Below are positions 58,066 through 64,000 of a stretch of DNA of 64,000 nucleotides, piece by piece. Source of the DNA: a bacterium (GTDB lineage: Bacteria; Patescibacteriota; Minisyncoccia; Moranbacterales; GWC2-37-73); contig JBAXDL010000003.1 in assembly GCA_037140955.1 (NCBI GenBank), positions 27,348 through 91,347 of the forward strand, read 5' to 3'. The stretch's first letter is position 1. Every line of letters starts with the position of its first letter. The translations under genes and the position numbers were made by a program. The notes below the pieces were generated by a model. That model saw nothing but the letters and a program-made list of their open reading frames with translations. It had not been told where the DNA came from and made no database searches.

Positions 58066-58386
58066 CTACAACTTTAAAAGATTTTTAAATAGAACATTAT
58101 ATTGTCTTATTTTTTTTATATTTACAGTGTAATTACGAAATGTACCATTTCTCTTTTCTAGTAACAAATCCAAACTTTTTAATTTAGAAATATGATGAGA
58201 TGCTAAGTTTTGAGGAATACCAAGCTTATTATAGATATCAGTAACATTCATTGACTCATCTTTCAATAACATCACTATTTTCAATCGATTATCATCAGCA
58301 ATCACTTTTAAAAAAGAGTTAACATCTAAAAACAAATCATCAACTTTGCTTTTTTTATTACTCAAATCTTTGATTTTCTTTTTCAT
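58066..58386 (-). CDS. ArsR/SmtB-family HTH transcriptional regulator.
   Basis: ADDNRLKIVMLLKDESMNVTDIYNKLGIPQNLASHHISKLKSLDLL. 106 aa. Confidence 0.7.
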   Translation of the reverse strand: MKKKIKDLSNKKSKVDDLFLDVNSFLKVIADDNRLKIVMLLKDESMNVTDIYNKLGIPQNLASHHISKLKSLDLLLEKRNGTFRNYTVNIKKIRQYNVLFKNLLKL

Positions 58387-58490
58387 ATATTAAATTAGAA
58401 AAGATTAATTTATGCACATAAAAAACCGTATTCAAAAGATAATACGTTATATCAATCAAAAATCTTTCATTAAAAAAATTTAAGACTTTT

Positions 58491-59657
<1,167 letters not shown>

Positions 59658-59692
59658 TTATACTTGTCTTTTCAAAAAAGTCCATAGCTATC

Positions 59693-61603
59693 TTATTTCA
59701 AAACCTTACCATTTGAAAATCCAACAAATTTATCCTCAGGAAGCATTGTATTTTTTTTCTCCCCACTAAGTACAATATCTTCCCCAGTAAAAGCATCTTT
59801 TGCTGTTAGTGATGATGGATTTAGCAAATTAATCGGTTCACCTATTTGATTATTCTGTGGAGTCACAGCGACTTTAAATATTATCTCTCGAGGCAATCCA
59901 AGCACCCCAGTTCCAGCAGAGATGTCACCAGCATCCCAAATTATTTGATTTGTTCTTTCATTGTAGGAAACTTTTTCAGTCGAAGGAATAAGCTCCCCAA
60001 CCCAACGCACTCCTGACGGTAGGGATGAAATTATTTTAACACTAGTTATATCATTTGAAACATTAATAAGCTGCCAATGCAAGGAAAAAGTTGTTTCCTT
60101 GTTGCTTTCCATTGGCATTGGTCCAACATTTTTAACCTTACTGTCAAAATAATACCCCTTAGTATCAAAAATAACTTTAGACGCCAACTTTAATTCAAGC
60201 TTATTACTTCCAATTATTTTATTTGAATTTATGGGTGTTGGAATATCAGGACTATCAATTTTTGCCACAGAAGAAACAATGAAATTCTTATCAAGCTTAT
60301 TTTCAATTGGAATAGTATTTTTAACTGGAACAGAAAAACGAACAAATCCGGTGGCACCAGGATTAATATTTGCCAAAATTGGAACATCAGAGGCCTTCCA
60401 TGTTATGATGTTTTTTGCATTATCATATGATCCCTTATCTATATTCATTTTTGAAAAATCAAGAACATTTCCCTTTATTTCAACATTAATTATGGCATCA
60501 CGAAGTGTGATATCACCAGTATTTTCAAACGTCACTGCATATTTTATGACCTCGCCAGCCTTAACTATTTCATTGTTCTTCTCTTCAACTCGCTGAAAAA
60601 TTCGAAGAACTGGAGAAACAATACGCGTTGTCAATTCTTGCTTATCATAGATTACAAATTTTGCACCTTCCCCAATGTGACCCAGAGAAACAACAATGCT
60701 CTTCCCTTCATCACCACCACCATTAATTTTTCCTTGAATATTTATTTTGCCAGATTGTCCAGGCTCCAGATTACCAACATACCAATAAGAACCCTTTTCG
60801 GAAGATTTTGGTTGAGAATCCTTAAGCTGAAAATCAACTGGAAAATCAACCCTCAGTTGAATATCACTGAGTACCCTCGTGTCTAAATTTTTATATTCAA
60901 TAACATACTCCATTGAATCTCCATTGACCAATTGTTGTGGCCCAGCAACGCTAACAACAACAGGAGCTGCTGCGATGTTAACACTTATTTGATCAGTCAT
61001 TGAAAGCTTCTCAACAGCATTTGAAGGAGTGAAATCAATTTCTGCATGCAAAAAAACAGGAAAATCCTTTGGAGCATAAAAAACACCCTTAAACTCAGCC
61101 TGACCCACACTCATTGGGGCAATATCACCAATGAATATTTTACTAGTAGTATTGTTTATGTATTTTAAGTTCAAACTATCAATAGGTTGAAAATTTTCAG
61201 AATAAGTAATTTGTATTTCTGTGTTTTTAAGTGTGACTCTATTGCTATTAGAGTAATGAATTATATATTTCGTCGGCTGATTACTGTCAGCCTCCTTTGG
61301 ACCTTCAAAGGAGATACTAACCCTATCCTGATGAAAAGCATTTTTCATCCACCATCGATAAAAAACTGTTCCAGAAACAGCAAGCAAAAGAAAGACAAAG
61401 ACTCCAATAAAGATCCAAATATTCCTCTTTTTTTCTGGCGTCAATCCTCTTTGTGGCTGATTCCAATTTTTATTTTCATCAAATGGACTGGAACTGCTAG
61501 CAACACTAACGGATGGATCATATGCGCTATTATCGTGACTCCTGCTTTCAATTTTATCAGCATTTGATTCGTATAACTCACGATTAAGATTATCTAGTGG
61601 CAT
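59693..61603 (-). CDS. Hypothetical membrane-anchored surface protein with repeated beta-rich DUF11/CARDB-like modules.
   Basis: A cytoplasmic N-terminus of about 60 aa, one TM (IWIFIGVFVFLLLAVSGTVFY), then about 550 aa of repetitive modules (..Y.I...N.G...L.....V....). 636 aa. Confidence 0.4.
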   Translation of the reverse strand: MPLDNLNRELYESNADKIESRSHDNSAYDPSVSVASSSSPFDENKNWNQPQRGLTPEKKRNIWIFIGVFVFLLLAVSGTVFYRWWMKNAFHQDRVSISFEGPKEADSNQPTKYIIHYSNSNRVTLKNTEIQITYSENFQPIDSLNLKYINNTTSKIFIGDIAPMSVGQAEFKGVFYAPKDFPVFLHAEIDFTPSNAVEKLSMTDQISVNIAAAPVVVSVAGPQQLVNGDSMEYVIEYKNLDTRVLSDIQLRVDFPVDFQLKDSQPKSSEKGSYWYVGNLEPGQSGKINIQGKINGGGDEGKSIVVSLGHIGEGAKFVIYDKQELTTRIVSPVLRIFQRVEEKNNEIVKAGEVIKYAVTFENTGDITLRDAIINVEIKGNVLDFSKMNIDKGSYDNAKNIITWKASDVPILANINPGATGFVRFSVPVKNTIPIENKLDKNFIVSSVAKIDSPDIPTPINSNKIIGSNKLELKLASKVIFDTKGYYFDSKVKNVGPMPMESNKETTFSLHWQLINVSNDITSVKIISSLPSGVRWVGELIPSTEKVSYNERTNQIIWDAGDISAGTGVLGLPREIIFKVAVTPQNNQIGEPINLLNPSSLTAKDAFTGEDIVLSGEKKNTMLPEDKFVGFSNGKVLK

Positions 61604-61663
61604 ATTTTTTATTTTTATTTCTTCTTATACTTTATTATATTATAGCATAAAAATAACATCTAC

Positions 61664-62443
61664 TTAAATTATCCACCTCAAAAAATCATCCACAACAAGC
61701 TGAACTTGATCACAATCAACTTGCTTTACGCTTATTTTAGGGACAGTACTTAGCTTATTTTTCAAAAAAAGTCTTATAATCTTTACAACATTAGCATTTA
61801 TTCTTAAAACTATATTCTCATGACCCATAATGCAATTTTGACAAAGAGCACCACCCTGCTTGGAGCCAAAATAAATTAAATCTTGCGACAATTTATTTCC
61901 ACAAGAAACGCAATTCTCAACCTCAATTGCAAAGCCAAGAAGATCCAATAATTTAACCAAAAAACCAAGTCTTATCAATGAATATTTAATATTTAAATTA
62001 TCATCATCGATATTTAATAAATTTCCAGCAACATAAAAATCCATCGCTTCCAGATAGTCCTTAAGCAAAAGAAAGACCAATTGGTCTGGATTTTCAAAGT
62101 CTATTAATTTTTCAAAAACACTCAATCCAAGAAAAACATCCAACAGCGCGCCACAATCACCCTTAAGCAAAGTGAAATTATTTTCAACTATCGAACTAGT
62201 TATTTTTCCAAGCCCCCTTGATCTTATTACGCAAACATCGGCCAAGGTTATATTCTCAAGAGATGCTGCCAACTTTGCCTGAGGCTTTCTAACACCCTTC
62301 GCTATTGAACTTATTTTTCCGCCCTCAAGAGTATATAAGACATATAATCTATCAGTCTCGCCAATATTCTTCTTATTTAAAATAATTGCAGTGTATTTAT
62401 ATTCCATAGTCTCATTATTACACTCTTTATTGGATTTGAGCAA
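61664..62443 (-). CDS. recO: DNA repair protein RecO.
   Basis: N-terminal OB fold (YKYTAIILNKKNIGETDRLYVLYT), C-terminal zinc motif CVSCGN...CQNC. 259 aa. Confidence 0.8.
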   Translation of the reverse strand: MLKSNKECNNETMEYKYTAIILNKKNIGETDRLYVLYTLEGGKISSIAKGVRKPQAKLAASLENITLADVCVIRSRGLGKITSSIVENNFTLLKGDCGALLDVFLGLSVFEKLIDFENPDQLVFLLLKDYLEAMDFYVAGNLLNIDDDNLNIKYSLIRLGFLVKLLDLLGFAIEVENCVSCGNKLSQDLIYFGSKQGGALCQNCIMGHENIVLRINANVVKIIRLFLKNKLSTVPKISVKQVDCDQVQLVVDDFLRWII

Positions 62444-62488
62444 AAAAATCGCTCCATATCAGTTGATATGGAGCGAGAAATATTGACC

Positions 62489-62707
62489 CTAGAAAAAATT
62501 ATGCCTCTTGCTCGCTCCCTCCGTAAAGATATTCATGATGATCAAGAAAACAAACAAGAAGGCAACACCTTTGCAAACAAAAACAACAAAACTAGCAATC
62601 CATGCCCAAAAATACCATCCAGTAAAAAAGATAAGCAGCAGGTAACAGAAAAAAAATAGACAAATGAAAAGTGAATAATAATCTCCTTTAATGTTATTCA
62701 TTAGCAT
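62489..62707 (-). CDS. Possible small 2-TM membrane protein between ileS and recO (weak call).
   Basis: 72 aa, hydrophobic, same strand as its neighbours. No other support. Confidence 0.2.
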   Translation of the reverse strand: MLMNNIKGDYYSLFICLFFFCYLLLIFFTGWYFWAWIASFVVFVCKGVAFLFVFLIIMNIFTEGASKRHNFF

Positions 62708-62780
62708 CTTTACTTCCTCCTTTTGGTTTATTTTTCTGCAGAATCTTGTTTTGCTAAAATTTTAAAACAACATTGCAAAC

Positions 62781-64000
62781 TTAAATCTTCTTCAATGCAA
62801 TTATAATCAAGCTGCCATCAATTGAAATTTCTTTCATAATATCAGCTTCATTATTGGTTGAATTAATAACGTCATCAGCTAAAATCTCAGCTTTTATTAT
62901 TTCTGAAAATTGCTCAAAGACACCTTCCATTCCAACATACCATAACTTTATCCTATTTTCAACCTCATATCCAGCCTGTTTCCTAAGCTCCTGCACACTG
63001 CGAACAATTTCACGAGCAATGCCTTCCTTGATCAATTCAGCGCTAAGTTCTGTATCCAAAATGACATTCTCTGACTGTGAATCATTCATCACTACCACCT
63101 TAATATTCAATTCATCTTTGATAATTTCAATAAGTTCATCCTGAAATTCATTTTTGATTGATATTTTTGCAAGTGGTTGACGTACCTTTATCTTAGCTTG
63201 AGAGCGCAATTGCAGACCTTCGGTGATCACCTCTCTTGCCATTTTCATTTCATCATTTAGTGACTCATCAATGTGTTGATGCTCGCCAGTTGGCAAATCA
63301 GCCAAATGCACAGATTCCTTGCCGGTTAGGTTCCTATAAATCTCCTCACTCATAAAGGGAGCAAATGGCGCCATCATTTTTGACAAATTAACAAGCACGT
63401 GATGCAAGGTTGCATAGGCTTGTTTTTTGTCAGCATCATTTTGCGACTTCCAAAAACGCTTACGAGAACGTCTAACATACCAATTTGACATATCATCTAT
63501 AAACTTTGAGAATGCTCGCGAGCTTCGATGAAGTTCATATTTTTCCATACCATCATGCACTGCAATTATCAAGGTATTGAGTTCAGACAAAATCCACTTG
63601 TCCAACAAATTAGTTGTATCAGAATGTTTGAATTGCTCATCATGCTTCCAATTGTCAATATTGGCATACAACACAAAAAATGAATATGAATTCCAAAGCA
63701 TGCGCATCATTCCACGCATAATCTCTTCCACATCTTTTTGTGAAAAATTCAAATTTTGTGCAGCCACTACTGGCGAACTCATCAAATACAAGCGTATTGA
63801 ATCAGCGCCATATTTATCAAACATGAGCATTGGGTCAGGATAATTATTATAACGCTTACTCATCTTTTTTCCATCCTCAGCTAAAACTGTCCCATTAACA
63901 ATGACATTTTTATATGCTGTCCCACCTTTAATCCCAGTAGCGATAATATGCAAATAATAAAACCAGGCCCTTGTTTGATCAACTCCCTCAGCAATAAAAT
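62781..64000 (-). CDS. ileS: Isoleucyl-tRNA synthetase, C-terminal part (5' partial, continues beyond the window end).
   Basis: KMSKRYNNYPDP (KMSKS). Anticodon-binding region. The C-terminal ELIKEGIAREIVRSVQELRKQAGYEVENRI is an IleS-type junction motif. The reading frame is open to position 64000. Confidence 0.8.
   Translation of the reverse strand, partial: FIAEGVDQTRAWFYYLHIIATGIKGGTAYKNVIVNGTVLAEDGKKMSKRYNNYPDPMLMFDKYGADSIRLYLMSSPVVAAQNLNFSQKDVEEIMRGMMRMLWNSYSFFVLYANIDNWKHDEQFKHSDTTNLLDKWILSELNTLIIAVHDGMEKYELHRSSRAFSKFIDDMSNWYVRRSRKRFWKSQNDADKKQAYATLHHVLVNLSKMMAPFAPFMSEEIYRNLTGKESVHLADLPTGEHQHIDESLNDEMKMAREVITEGLQLRSQAKIKVRQPLAKISIKNEFQDELIEIIKDELNIKVVVMNDSQSENVILDTELSAELIKEGIAREIVRSVQELRKQAGYEVENRIKLWYVGMEGVFEQFSEIIKAEILADDVINSTNNEADIMKEISIDGSLIIIALKKI

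Noticed and set aside
62468-62659. The + strand 63-aa ORF (MEREILTLEK…) in the ileS-recO spacer.
   Set aside because: It overlaps the more plausible minus-strand small membrane ORF and is low-complexity Lys/Gln-rich. Neither can be supported strongly.

Overview
This is an AT-rich (about one third GC), gene-dense bacterial chromosomal segment. It has the look of a small-genome CPR/Patescibacteria-type organism: about 95% coding, short spacers, many translationally coupled genes, several GT39-type membrane glycosyltransferases, and peptidoglycan precursor genes. That placement is inference.

Most of the window is housekeeping. Three GT39 paralogs are present, one fused to TPR repeats, together with ftsQ-like, holB, two GT4 genes, mreB, murA, murD, a D-aminoacylase, rnc, nusB, rpmF, rnhB, dnaE, thrS, miaB, miaA, gatB, trxB, a csoR-family repressor, uppP, a bacterial Elp3 homolog, rlmN, a PAP2 phosphatase, an NRAMP transporter, yvcK, leuS, folD, a MacB/FtsX-type ABC pair with an ArsR regulator, tgt, recO, and the 3' part of ileS. 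On the minus strand sits a conserved tRNA-Ile(GAT) / tRNA-Ala(TGC) - secE - nusG - rplK - rplA block.

The parts that stand out from this background are:

1. A previously unannotated family of roughly 105-110 bp elements in at least six intergenic copies. Each copy is bounded by a TGCGAGAYTATTTT-type inverted terminus and carries a central 10-bp-stem hairpin with compensatory base changes between copies (MITE-, REP- or Correia-like). Copies occur in both orientations, one carries a nested insertion of about 78 bp, and several made the supplied ORF track over-extend protein N-termini.

2. A GC-rich palindromic element inserted in frame in the Elp3-like gene. It belongs to the family that encodes the CHSG / VIP / LDSRLRGND peptides. 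A GT4 gene contains a 20-bp identical partial copy.

3. A single Xer-type tyrosine recombinase whose 5' region holds a dif-like 11-5-11 palindrome, a 29-bp perfect GC palindrome, and a 15-bp sequence repeated about 0.9 kb away. The repeats flank an unknown 4-TM protein gene, and a MntA/HepT toxin-antitoxin pair follows with a near-consensus leaderless promoter.

4. A compact dTTP-synthesis module: mazG, a tmk-like gene, folA, thyA, a phage T4-like dNMP kinase, and dCMP deaminase. It is punctuated by two copies of the repeat element from item 1.

5. A periodic 9-mer leader repeat (GTYCGTAAA x3-4) found directly upstream of both nusG and rpmF, with no Shine-Dalgarno sequence.

6. A decayed tRNA-Ala-like duplicate upstream of the tRNA pair.

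The window contains no rRNA and no CRISPR array.
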